Assembly: GCA_044376115.1 (NCBI GenBank)
Contig: JBILLK010000020.1
Span: 32,001 to 96,000, forward strand
Reading direction: 5' to 3'
Length of the DNA stretch: 64,000 bases
From: Polyangiaceae bacterium
GTDB lineage: Bacteria > Myxococcota_A > Polyangia > Polyangiales > Polyangiaceae
A model generated the notes under the pieces. That model was not told the DNA's origin. It worked only from the letters and a program-made list of their open reading frames with translations, and did no database searches. A program made the position numbers and the translations under genes. Shown one piece after another: positions 20,401-29,067 of this stretch. Every line of letters starts with the position of its first letter. Positions within the stretch are counted from its first letter, which is position 1.

Positions 20401-22516
20401 CTCGGGTCGCCCCTTCGGACTCGAGGCCGTCGTTGGTGTCGTGCTCAGGGTCGAACTCGATGAGGTCATCCTCGGGAGGCGACTGCACGACTGGCGCAAC
20501 CGGAGGAGGCGTCCTTTGATAAACGGGCTCGAGCGGCGCTGGCGTGCGATGCTGCGCCAGCGCAGGTCCGGGAGTATGACCGCCTGAACGCAAGCCGGCA
20601 TTCGAGGCCTGCGGCGGCGGTGGCTGGAAACCTGGTTTTGGTTGCGGTGGACTGAACGGCTGCGGTTTCAGCCCCTGCGGCGGAGCTTGAAGCGGCGGTT
20701 GGTAAGGGTTCGCCTGCGAAGCGAGCAGGGCTGGCGGCGGTTGAAGCGAAGGCGCTGGCTGTGGTGCCGGTTGCGGCGCAGCGGGCCGAGGCTGCGGCGG
20801 AGGCTGCGGTGCCGGTTGCGGCGGAGCGGGCCGAGGCTGCGGCGGAGGCTGCGGTGCCGGTTGCGGCGCAGCGGGCCGAGGCTGCGGCGGAGGCTGCGGC
20901 GGAGGCGCCGGTTGCGGCCCCACGTTGCTCATACCCGAGGGCGTGAACGCCGTGTTTGGTCGGCTCTGCCCCGTTCGGCTTTGCCCAGTATTGGGCAGAC
21001 TCCCAGTGTTCCCACCGCTGGATGGGCGAGCTTGAGCCGCGGCCTTTTGCGCTGCACGCTCTTGTGTAGCTTGAGCGCGCGAACCTTCATCGGCGGGAGA
21101 GATGATTCGAGCGACCTGCTTGCGCGGATCGGTGTGCGGCAGGGCTGCAAGGTCAACGGTAAACGCCGCCGGAAGCGGCCTACCATTGGCGTCGTACATG
21201 ACCTTCACGCGAGGCTGGGCGTATTGACTAGGATGGCTTGGCGCAGCGATCACCAACGCCATTTCACCGGTACCAAGCTGAACCACGGTGCCCGTCGGGA
21301 AGATCCCCAGTGCCGCAACGAGAAGGCGCGTGACCGTGAAGTCGGCCTGATCGGTAGCCTCAGCCTCAAGCTGTGTCAGGGCCTCATCGGCCGTCAGTGG
21401 CTCCGCGCCAGGAGCAGGAGTCAGTAGGTCGTTGAAGCGCCGCGAAGCCGCAACGATGCGCGACTGGAGCGTGGCGGGACGCGCGCCGTGGTAGACCGGA
21501 CCGAGTTCACGCGAACGGCGGATCCAGTGCGCCTCGAAGGCCAATACCGTACGCATGACGGTCGGCTCGTTCACGTGGCCGAGTGCGGTTAGCACGGCTG
21601 CTGTAGCCGCGGGGACCTCCAACTCCTGGGCATCGCTGAGCCGTGGCATGATCGCCGGAGGCGTCGGCCCCACGGTGCCCGTAAGCCGCGGGCGAGCTGT
21701 ATCGAACAGCAACGCCGCCATGCCGACTCGCGCAAGCACCACGATGTCGTCCGTGATTTGGCGTGCAACCGAAACGGAGAGAATGGCCGTGTTGACGGCG
21801 CGACCGGCTTCATCCTGGTTGGCGTTTCGAGCTGCGGTAACGCCCAAGAATGAAGGTGTTTCTCCCCGCGAAAGATCCACCAGCATCTGCGAGATGCGCT
21901 TCACCCGCTGAGGAAGCTCATAACGCCCTCGCTGCAGCTGCTCAAAGAAGCGCCGCATGATGACGATCGCGGACGCATACATGCGCACGACCGCTTGCTT
22001 CTCGTCGAGTCGCTCAACGGAGGCGCCCCGCTTGAGCGCTGCATCCGACACCGCACGAAGGCGCACTCTCGGGGACGGCTTTTCGAGGTTGGTGGCGCGC
22101 TGAGTCTTGTGCGCCTCACTCATCGCCCCGACGAACGCGAACAGATCCTGGCTCGTCACGTTGCGCGCGATGGCTAGCTCCGAGAAGCCATACTTCTTGA
22201 GAATCTCGCCAAGTTCGACCGCGCCTTCGTAGACTTGTCGACTCGCCTTCAGCAGCTGACCACCAACGAAGATCGACCCAAAGGCGAACAGGATGGAGAC
22301 GTTCTGTTCTGTCCGCTGACCGTAGTCGGCGATCAACTTCGCCGTATCTTCGACCTGGCGAACCACTGCCTGATTGTCGAGCGTGTGTAACGTGGCCTGC
22401 TTGGCCAAGCGAAAGATCGCTTGAACTATGCTTGCGCCGAGATCACGCGCTTGCACGCGGCGAACGTTTTCGCCGGCATTCTCGGTCACCAAATCAAGTC
22501 GCGCGGGCTGCGTCAT
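17426..22516 (-). CDS. Large multidomain protein: degenerate HD-GYP-like N-region, Pro-rich linker, DUF4388-like domain, Gln-rich repeats, J domain and TPR
   Basis: J domain NHFELLGV..IQAAYFKMAKLWHPDRL..LNEAYNCLNDPVKRFDY. C-terminal TPRs. GIFPTGTVVQLGTGEMALV is typical of HD-GYP C-termini. ATGA overlap with the upstream kinase gene. Confidence 0.8.
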   Translation of the reverse strand: MTQPARLDLVTENAGENVRRVQARDLGASIVQAIFRLAKQATLHTLDNQAVVRQVEDTAKLIADYGQRTEQNVSILFAFGSIFVGGQLLKASRQVYEGAVELGEILKKYGFSELAIARNVTSQDLFAFVGAMSEAHKTQRATNLEKPSPRVRLRAVSDAALKRGASVERLDEKQAVVRMYASAIVIMRRFFEQLQRGRYELPQRVKRISQMLVDLSRGETPSFLGVTAARNANQDEAGRAVNTAILSVSVARQITDDIVVLARVGMAALLFDTARPRLTGTVGPTPPAIMPRLSDAQELEVPAATAAVLTALGHVNEPTVMRTVLAFEAHWIRRSRELGPVYHGARPATLQSRIVAASRRFNDLLTPAPGAEPLTADEALTQLEAEATDQADFTVTRLLVAALGIFPTGTVVQLGTGEMALVIAAPSHPSQYAQPRVKVMYDANGRPLPAAFTVDLAALPHTDPRKQVARIISPADEGSRAQATQERAAQKAAAQARPSSGGNTGSLPNTGQSRTGQSRPNTAFTPSGMSNVGPQPAPPPQPPPQPRPAAPQPAPQPPPQPRPAPPQPAPQPPPQPRPAAPQPAPQPAPSLQPPPALLASQANPYQPPLQAPPQGLKPQPFSPPQPKPGFQPPPPQASNAGLRSGGHTPGPALAQHRTPAPLEPVYQRTPPPVAPVVQSPPEDDLIEFDPEHDTNDGLESEGATRAVAWGDDAEDEARGADSTKIANAAAVAAAVAASRLPDPAPAPAPKPLPAPPPAQPRVPPAAKAAQVIPVAAAPAPAPAQAPPPAPAAAPTPTAEGTLSKTPMVHLLVYMLDQRLTGTALFQTPAGDNHGVYFEKGVPCKARTGGMVAPLDRVLLDMGLLDEQTLRQSLMEIVKKKVLHGRYLVSKGLLDGATILRALRQQLVRKLGHLCELPPDTRYAFYADSNLLETYGGPELTPVEPLTVIMTGIRMRSEDPLIEQTVNKLGKRTIGLHIDAELKRFELHREEAAVADLLRIKKTTVDELLGASVAADRVVKLMVYALTITRHLEIAGAQAKPPVGVTPRDRIKQSGVMEPGPVAIRTTDQRSAPSVPSAPSAPSAPSAPSGARSAPSAGPRPQRVSAPPEPPRSNDRLSAPPDSVPPSRPYERQSSPPLSPRAPIALGPESSRPKAPIALSPQPSPVARWAPVNPTPVEPVEEEPSFEDPEFDDALEGAGGTLIMTDSSAVLAAVQGAQAGAGFAGQPYGQNAPQGYAASVDQQQAYLPQQQAQQAYLQQQQAQQAYLQQQQAQQAYLQQQQAMAAQQAYLEQQQAMAAQQAYLEQQQAQQAYLEQQQAQQAYLEQQQAMAAQQAYEQQQAMAAQQAYLEQQQAMAAQQAYLEQQQAMAAQQAYAQQLAQQQQAYAPQAPSGPFGQNFQEPTFGATSAVSAAQAFGIPQASGSIPPRASAPPAAPKKGPPAHLSMDHKHRWQEIETKAGRIANENHFELLGVGEDATDPQIQAAYFKMAKLWHPDRLPAELAEVKNTVSTIFAQLNEAYNCLNDPVKRFDYVKSLGKGGGETEADVVQRVVDASIEHQKAEVMLKKNDLAAAEGFAKRAALADPEQVEYIALLTWIQALRRGDPPVVPEGKTSTFYDDLVSILDGVLVKDPMFERALYYRAVLLKRSGKEEKAMRDFKLAVQLNPKNIDAVREVRLNQMRRDKKRKDETGLLGKLFKK
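18363..18795 (-). repeat. Coding tandem repeat: 13 QQAY units (mostly 30- and 39-bp variants)
   Basis: Translation QQAYL(Q/E)QQQA[MAA] repeated. DNA units such as gcttgttgctgttgcaggtacgcctgctgc. Confidence 0.95.
20750..20918 (-). repeat. Coding 45-bp tandem repeat (PPPQPRPA(A/P)PQPAPQ, about 3 copies)
   Basis: ggctgcggtgccggttgcggcg(c/g)agcgggccgaggctgcggcgga repeated. Confidence 0.9.
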
Positions 22517-25338
22517 CCGACCACCTCACCAGCGGCCGAGATCCGGAAGCCAGACCGAGCCGCGATCGTTTCAGCAGCGGCCAACGCAGCCTCTCGCAAG
22601 GGCTGGGTATTCCACCAACGACGCTTCGCAGCTTGCAGCACAGCTTCCAAAGCTTCACGCGTTTTTGCGTTGGCACCAAGTAACTCGGCACAAAGCGCTC
22701 TCGTCTGCTCGAGCGAATCATCCACGAGCAGCCCATGCTTCTGCACGATCTCCATCGCCAACTGCTCACCCTTTTGAGCATTCAGTGCGTAGAGCGCGCT
22801 GAGGAGCTCTCGCTTCTCGGTGTGCGCCATCAAGTTGAAGGAGGGGTCTTGAACGCGCTTGACCAGCAGCGGCAACGCTGTCCGTACCTGGTGAAAGGCC
22901 ATCGCGCGCAGCGCCGCAGAACGAACTTCGGGGTTGGGGCTCTCAGCGAGACGACCCAATTCTTCACGCTTTTGTTCCGGAGTCTGCGCCAAGTAGGCTG
23001 TTGCCTCACACTTGACCGTCGCGTTTTGATGGGCCGCGAGACGCCGTAGGCAATCCCATGCGGCCTGACTGTTAGCCGCTGCCAACACCCGAAGAAGTGG
23101 CCGCGCGCTCTCGATGGAGAGCCCGGGAATGCGGTCCGCAATCTCGTTCTCGCGGCCAGTCATGGCCTGCTGCAAGAACTGCAAGAGGACGTTCTTCAGG
23201 TTTTGATGGTTCACTTCATCCAGCGCCGCAACGACGGGCATGATGTGGTCGGCACCGAGCTCCGAGAGCACGAACTGCAAACGTTGTGCGACCCAATCGA
23301 GATCCGCTTGCGGACGCGTTTGCGGCTGGCCCTGCAATACGGCTTGTTGGTTGGAGCGAACAGCCTCCACCAACAGCAGGCGCAGCGTTTCCGGACCGAA
23401 CAGCGAGCGCGTCAGCAGCGGACCGACTGAGCGCGGATCCACCCCGTAAAACCGATGGCGCGAAACCGCCGTCTCGACCGCGCGCCGCAGGGCGTCGTAC
23501 ATCGGGAACAGCACATCGAATCGACGCGACAACACCAAATCGCGGGCGCTGGCGTCCAGGGGCGCGGCAACGAGCTCGACGTCTCGACGTTTGACCGTGT
23601 CGATCAGCGCTTCTGCGAGAACCTCCACGAAGCGCTCGCTCCAACGCTCGGGGCTCGTTTCCAGCTGTGCTGCGACCGCCTTCCGCGCCATCGGATCGAT
23701 GCCCAAGACCTTGGTCGCCGCGCGCACAATCTCGACATTTTGCATGTCAACCTGCACGTTCATTGCAGCTGCTTCAGCACGATTGACCCGCTCCTCCGAG
23801 GCTCGATTCGCCACCGACTCTAGCTGGTCCGACTCTTCGTAGAACGCTTCACGGTCAGCCGCGTCGCCCTCGGCAAACACGTTGATCGCTTCGTACTTGA
23901 TGTTGGTGAGCTGGCGCTCCCAGAGGGCCGTTCCAAGGTCATCCTCCGGCGTGAGGTCGCGCAGCGGATCGATCAGGAAGACCTCGCACAGCGCGCGAAT
24001 CTCTTGATCCGTAACACCCGCCTGGATTCGAAAGTTGCGAATTCCCGCCGCGAAAAGATTGTAGGGCACCACGTCAAAAGGAGCGGTCGGCTCCCAAATA
24101 GTCTGCTGACGATGGACGAAGGAATACGGTAGGAGGCCCCAGTACACGGCCTTGGAGTCTTCCAAGATCGCGTCGTTGATCGCCTGGTGCGCAGCCCTCA
24201 ACTTGTGATCAGCCTCTGGGTGCTGCCAACCGTACTGTCGCACCGTGGGCAGGAGCCGCTCGATTCGACGGAAGAAGTCCACCAGGCGCAGGACCGCCGG
24301 ATCTTGGTCACCTGCCGCAGCCTCAACGACTTCACGCGCGACCGGGGGAGGCCCAACGGTCGAAACCTCCACCGGGGCAGCCGAGGGAGCGACGGCCGAA
24401 GCGACTCCGCGCGCCGCGGCGGCTTCGGGACGATGTGCTGCAAGAATGCGTAGGCACTCCTCCCGCATCGTCTTGGCGGTCTCGAAGCGGTTGCGCGGAT
24501 CCCAGGCGAGAGCCTTGTCGACGAGCGCGATTACCTCAACCGGCAGGTCTGGAGCAACGCGGGCGAGCGACGGGGCTGGCTGGGTTGCAGCTAGGATGAA
24601 CGCCTCATTGTCACTTCGCCCTTGATGGAGGCGTTGCCCGCTCAACACCGCATAAAGCGTGGCGCCGATCGAAAACACGTCCGCCCGACCGTCCACGCCA
24701 TCGGTGAGGCCCATCGCCTGCTCGGGCGCCATAAACGATGGGGTTCCGAGTGCGGTACCCGCTCGGGTCTTGTCGCCGCCAGCTTCGCGCATGCGTGCGA
24801 CGCCGAAGTCGAGCAGCTTGGTGACGCGCTCCTTGGTTACGAAGATGTTCGCGGGCTTGATGTCGCGGTGAACGATGCCGACTTCGTGGAAGGCGTGCAG
24901 AACATCGAGCGAGGCCTCAGCCACCTCCATCGCGTCCGGAATGGAGAGCTTTCTCCCCATTCGCTTCCACATCTGTTGGAGCGTCTCACCTTCGAGGAGC
25001 TCCATCACCAAGAACGGCTCATCCGCCTCGGTAACGTCGTCATCGAGGATCGCTACGCGACCGGGGTGGTCCACGCGATTGGCCACGTAGCCCTCGCGCA
25101 GGAAACGTTCGCGAATGCCTTGGTCGCGCGCAAATTCAGAGTGAAGTAGCTTCAGCGCTACGCGCGAGCCGTTGCGGTGGGTGCAGCCGAACACGGTTGC
25201 CATACCGCCGACGCCCAACATGGAGTCCAGACGGTACTTGCCGTTGATTGTCTTACCAAGGCGAGCTCGCCCACGGGCTTTTTCGTCTTGCCCCGCCGGA
25301 TCGGCGGAAGGGTTCGAAGTAGGGTTATCGGCAGCCAT
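22513..25338 (-). CDS. Ser/Thr protein kinase fused to a helical/HEAT-repeat C-terminal region
   Basis: LGVGGMATV, VALK, HRDIKPAN, DFG, GTPSFMAPEQ. C-terminal ESPNPEVRSAALRAM HEAT-like repeats. No TM segment apparent. Confidence 0.9.
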   Translation of the reverse strand: MAADNPTSNPSADPAGQDEKARGRARLGKTINGKYRLDSMLGVGGMATVFGCTHRNGSRVALKLLHSEFARDQGIRERFLREGYVANRVDHPGRVAILDDDVTEADEPFLVMELLEGETLQQMWKRMGRKLSIPDAMEVAEASLDVLHAFHEVGIVHRDIKPANIFVTKERVTKLLDFGVARMREAGGDKTRAGTALGTPSFMAPEQAMGLTDGVDGRADVFSIGATLYAVLSGQRLHQGRSDNEAFILAATQPAPSLARVAPDLPVEVIALVDKALAWDPRNRFETAKTMREECLRILAAHRPEAAAARGVASAVAPSAAPVEVSTVGPPPVAREVVEAAAGDQDPAVLRLVDFFRRIERLLPTVRQYGWQHPEADHKLRAAHQAINDAILEDSKAVYWGLLPYSFVHRQQTIWEPTAPFDVVPYNLFAAGIRNFRIQAGVTDQEIRALCEVFLIDPLRDLTPEDDLGTALWERQLTNIKYEAINVFAEGDAADREAFYEESDQLESVANRASEERVNRAEAAAMNVQVDMQNVEIVRAATKVLGIDPMARKAVAAQLETSPERWSERFVEVLAEALIDTVKRRDVELVAAPLDASARDLVLSRRFDVLFPMYDALRRAVETAVSRHRFYGVDPRSVGPLLTRSLFGPETLRLLLVEAVRSNQQAVLQGQPQTRPQADLDWVAQRLQFVLSELGADHIMPVVAALDEVNHQNLKNVLLQFLQQAMTGRENEIADRIPGLSIESARPLLRVLAAANSQAAWDCLRRLAAHQNATVKCEATAYLAQTPEQKREELGRLAESPNPEVRSAALRAMAFHQVRTALPLLVKRVQDPSFNLMAHTEKRELLSALYALNAQKGEQLAMEIVQKHGLLVDDSLEQTRALCAELLGANAKTREALEAVLQAAKRRWWNTQPLREAALAAAETIAARSGFRISAAGEVVG

Positions 25339-25400
25339 TCGTTCCGCGGGCAAAGCGGAGCGAAAAAGCTAACACCCCTTTTTGAGGTTGTGGGGATTTG

Positions 25401-25940
25401 TCGCGCCCTCCAACGCAGACCATTCCGCCGGAGGCGGATGCAGCAACAAGAATGACTCGCGCCCTCTTCGAGAAAAACCGCCGAAGGCCCGTTGAACCTT
25501 CGACTTTGGCACGAGTCATTCCGCCGGAGGCGGATGCAGTGAACAGAATGACTCGTGCCCTCTTCGAGAGAATCGGCCGAAGGCCCCGATGAACCTTTGA
25601 CTTGGCACGAGTCATTCCGCCGGAGGCGGATGCAGCAACAAGAACCGGAGTGGACAGAGTCCACGAAGTGGACGGAGTCCGCGGAGGTCTACGGAGTGCC
25701 GAAGGCACGAAGTGAATGACTCGCGCCCTCTTCGAGAAAAACCGCCGAAGGCCCGTTGAACCTTCGACTTTGGCACGAGTCATTCCGCCGGAGGCGGTGC
25801 AGCAACAAGAACCGGAGTGGACAGAGTCCACGAAGTGGACGGAGTCCGCGGAGGTCTACGGAGTGCCGAAGGCACGAAGTGAATGACTCGCGCCCTCTTC
25901 GAGAACAACCGCCGAAGGCCCTTTGATGCACGAGTCATTC
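25401..25940. repeat. Intergenic palindromic repeat array (REP/BIME-like)
   Basis: GAATGACTCGYGCC at 25450, 25546, 25714 and 25881 alternates with its reverse complement GGCACGAGTCATTC at 25508, 25604, 25772 and (one mismatch) 25927. Linkers are near-identical. Periods are 96/168/167 bp. Confidence 0.9.
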
Positions 25941-26014
25941 CCTCCGCTCCCACCTTTCCTGCGGGAACTTCTCGGCGGATTGACGTTCTACAGACCGCTC
26001 GACATGAGGCTCCC

Positions 26015-26893
26015 ATGAATCGACGGACATCTCTCCTACCGTTCGCTGTCGCCGGCTTTGCCTCGGCAGTGCTGGTCTCCGACGCATTTCAGCTGGGTGG
26101 GAGCCCGTCGGACGGCCCCATCCGAGGCTTCGTCACCCTGCTAACACCGCTGCTTACGCTGGCAGTGGGGGCCTTGGCCCTGAGGCCCCGCTTTACGCCT
26201 TTCGCCGCCGCCCTTGTGGCGGGCCTGCTAAGCGTGCTCAGCGCCGGAGCGATGGCGCTCGTCATTTCGCGCGTTGCTTGGGTCAAGAGCGGGTTATCAC
26301 TGCCCCTCGGCGGCAGCCTGCTGGCGGCTAGTTGTGTCGGCCCCTGTCTCGGGTTGCTCGCTTGGCTCGAGCAACGGGCTGGGCGGGCGCGAGCCGACTC
26401 GCTGATCGCGGACATTGACACGCGCGCCAGCTGGTTTGCGCTCGCTGCGCTCACAGCGGCTGCGTCACTCGCGCTGCAGCTCGCGGAGTTCGTGCCAAGC
26501 TACGGACCGCGACTCGCTTCGCTGGGCACTGGAGCGCTAGCCACGCTCATGGTGCTTTGGTTTTGTGGTCGTAGCCTGTGGGCGTGGGGAACAGCGACCG
26601 CGGCAGAAAAGGCCGCGACCCGAATGGCGCCGACCCAAAGCGCGAGTTCCACGCTGCGCTTGGATCTCGGGCTCGGTGAGGACTTGGTGGAGGAGGCGGC
26701 GGGGAGCTCCGCCTACCGCTCGGCCACGGTCCGCAAGCAAATCTGGGGCTCGCCGAATGTCGCCGTTAGGGTCGCCAAGAACCACGCGATGGTTGCAGTG
26801 GCGCTAACTGCGCTGGTCGTAGGCGGTGCGGCCGCAGTCGCGTTCGACTCGGGGCTTCAAGCCCTCAATCATTTGCGAGCAGGCGAGCGATGA
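26015..26893 (+). CDS. Integral membrane protein of unknown function
   Basis: About 7 hydrophobic segments, ATG at 26015, ATGA coupling to the next gene. Confidence 0.7.
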   Translation: MNRRTSLLPFAVAGFASAVLVSDAFQLGGSPSDGPIRGFVTLLTPLLTLAVGALALRPRFTPFAAALVAGLLSVLSAGAMALVISRVAWVKSGLSLPLGGSLLAASCVGPCLGLLAWLEQRAGRARADSLIADIDTRASWFALAALTAAASLALQLAEFVPSYGPRLASLGTGALATLMVLWFCGRSLWAWGTATAAEKAATRMAPTQSASSTLRLDLGLGEDLVEEAAGSSAYRSATVRKQIWGSPNVAVRVAKNHAMVAVALTALVVGGAAAVAFDSGLQALNHLRAGER

Positions 26894-27696
26894 GCCCAGC
26901 ACAAGCCGCACCTAGACTGTCGGTGGTGCTAGCAACCGCTGGGTTTCTTGCGGTGAGCCTCATTCTTGACGCACTAGCTCCTTCGCTCCGAACAGATCGC
27001 CGGCAGTCGCTGGCTGCACTCCTACCACTGCTCGTTCCGTCGCTGTTGGGGCTGCTTGGGTTCGTGCTTGACTCGAGGAAGCTATGCCCAACCTTTGCAA
27101 GGGCGGCCTTGCTCGCGAGCCTGCTCGCGCCATCGTTGGGCGCCGTAGCGGGCTTGTCGATTGGCGTTCTGTTTCCTGAAGCACGGTTGCTGCTTCGCAC
27201 CGTTGTGACGGTGAGCAACCGAATCAGCGGTGCCACCGAGGGCGCGTTGGTCGGCGCAGCCTTTATCCCGTTTATTCTTCTGGTTTGGCGAAGCACACGA
27301 GCGGCTGTGCGCTCGAGCAGCGAGCCCGATATCGAGCGATACCAGCGCGCTACCTGGAGCTATGTGGCGCTGGCGGTAGCACTGCCTCAGCTACTCATCG
27401 CCGCACGCACCCAGACACTGGGCCCGCGCACCGATGTGTCCTGTGCAATCGGCCTTCTGGCCGCCCTCTTTCTTGGATGGAACTACGTGAGCGGACAGCT
27501 TCAGCTCGATAGACTCCGAAAGGCGCATCGGCTCGGCTTGGAGGAGGACACCGACGACGAGACCCAACGAAAGCAGGAGCGCATTTCGCAAATGAGCGCA
27601 GAAGTATCTCGGCGTGCGTTTACAGCCCTCGTCGGCGCCTCGGCCGTTGCCGCGGCGTACACCTTCGGACCCAGCGCCTACCGGTTGATCGACTGA
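26890..27696 (+). CDS. Integral membrane protein of unknown function, probable distant paralogue of the upstream gene
   Basis: Similar TM layout and similar motifs (ERYQRATW vs DTRASW, LGLEED vs LGLGED). Confidence 0.65.
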   Translation: MSPAQAAPRLSVVLATAGFLAVSLILDALAPSLRTDRRQSLAALLPLLVPSLLGLLGFVLDSRKLCPTFARAALLASLLAPSLGAVAGLSIGVLFPEARLLLRTVVTVSNRISGATEGALVGAAFIPFILLVWRSTRAAVRSSSEPDIERYQRATWSYVALAVALPQLLIAARTQTLGPRTDVSCAIGLLAALFLGWNYVSGQLQLDRLRKAHRLGLEEDTDDETQRKQERISQMSAEVSRRAFTALVGASAVAAAYTFGPSAYRLID

Positions 27697-27699
27697 CGG

Positions 27700-29061
27700 C
27701 TAGAGCCGAAGGGGGTTGCCCTTTGAGCTGACCGCCGGCTTCGCGGTTGCGGTAGGCGGGCTCGTCACCGTTGGTGCGGGAGCAGCCGTTGGTTGAACCG
27801 CTGAGGGCGCCGCGCTTGGTAGCGAGGTTGGAACGCTTGGAGCCGCGCTCGGAGCTGCGCTCGTAGAAGCCGTCGCGATCACTGCCACCCGCGACGTGGC
27901 TGTTGCATCCACCGGCAACTGCGCCGGTTCAACCTTTGGCGTTGGGTTCGTTGGATCTACGGGTGCGCCGCTTTCTACCTGCGGCAGCGCGCTCGGCGCT
28001 TCCGAAGCGACCGGCCGACTCCCCGCGTCGTTCGTGCGCAGATAGAACAGCGCCCCCACGACAACCCCCAACAAGGCCATGCCAACACCAAGCCAAACCG
28101 CCGTCCGTGTACTCGTACCACTCACACGAGCGTCACGAACCGCCGGCCCCACAGACTCCTCGGCACTCGCCACCTTGGCGGCGACCGCGACGACACTCGA
28201 CCGCTCGGGCTGTGAGCCCGAGATACCAGCCTCAATGGCCTGAGCAAGCTCCTGCGCTGTTTGGAATCTGCTGTTTGGGTTCTTCTCCAGCGAGCGCTTT
28301 ACGACAGCGTCCACCCACTGCGGCACCCCGTCGACCACCAGCGAAGGTGGCTTGACCTCGTCTAGGGTCACAGCAACCGCAACGGCGGTTGGCGTCTCAC
28401 CCAGGAACGGCAGCGTACCTGTAACGAGCTCGTAAAGAATCACCCCGAGCGCCCAAACATCAGTCCGTTCGTCAGCCAGCTTTGCCGAACGTACCGACTC
28501 GGGAGCCATGTACAGCGGGGTACCAAATGCAGACTGGGTCTGGGTGAGGCGCACGCCATTCTCTGGAAGCACCCGCGAGATGCCAAAGTCCACGACCTTC
28601 ACGACAGTGTCGTTGCCCTCCCTCGCCAGGAACAGGTTGGCTGGCTTCAAGTCGCGATGAATCACTCCAGCGGCATGCGCCTCGCTCATTGCAGCGCAGG
28701 CCGCGATCACATACTGGCCCGCTTCCGCTGCGGGAAACCGGCCTCGACGGGTCAGCTCCGCTTCCAGGTCTCCGCCCTCGAGGAACTCCATCACCAAGAA
28801 CGGCAAGCCGTTCTCGAGGGTTCCAACGTCGAACACCTTGGCGACATGCTTCGTGCGCAGCTTTGCAACAGCGCGGGCCTCTGCGTGAAACCGGCTCACA
28901 GAGTCGTTGTCGCCGAGGTGATCCTCTCGCAGCACCTTGATGGCCACGGTGTACCCGATCTCAATATGACGACCTTGGTACACGGTGCCCATGCCACCTT
29001 CGCCGAGGACCCCGGTCACAGAGTACTTGCCGGCGATCACGCTGCCTGGCTGTAGTCTCAT
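27700..29061 (-). CDS. Transmembrane Ser/Thr protein kinase
   Basis: LGEGGMGTVY, VAIK, HRDLKPANLF, DFG, GTPLYMAPE. One TM followed by an Ala/Pro/Ser/Thr-rich tail. Confidence 0.93.
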   Translation of the reverse strand: MRLQPGSVIAGKYSVTGVLGEGGMGTVYQGRHIEIGYTVAIKVLREDHLGDNDSVSRFHAEARAVAKLRTKHVAKVFDVGTLENGLPFLVMEFLEGGDLEAELTRRGRFPAAEAGQYVIAACAAMSEAHAAGVIHRDLKPANLFLAREGNDTVVKVVDFGISRVLPENGVRLTQTQSAFGTPLYMAPESVRSAKLADERTDVWALGVILYELVTGTLPFLGETPTAVAVAVTLDEVKPPSLVVDGVPQWVDAVVKRSLEKNPNSRFQTAQELAQAIEAGISGSQPERSSVVAVAAKVASAEESVGPAVRDARVSGTSTRTAVWLGVGMALLGVVVGALFYLRTNDAGSRPVASEAPSALPQVESGAPVDPTNPTPKVEPAQLPVDATATSRVAVIATASTSAAPSAAPSVPTSLPSAAPSAVQPTAAPAPTVTSPPTATAKPAVSSKGNPLRL

Positions 29062-29067
29062 GAGCGG

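Noticed and set aside
25401..25940. CRISPR array
   Set aside because: The repeats alternate in orientation, the linkers are near-identical rather than unique spacers, and no cas genes are in the window.
25158..26016. ORFs across the repeat array (25158-25664, 25325-25831, 25689-25931, and the 25883 start extension)
   Set aside because: They are translations of the palindromic repeats. A 1-bp indel between copies (168 vs 167 bp) shifts frame, and there are no protein motifs.
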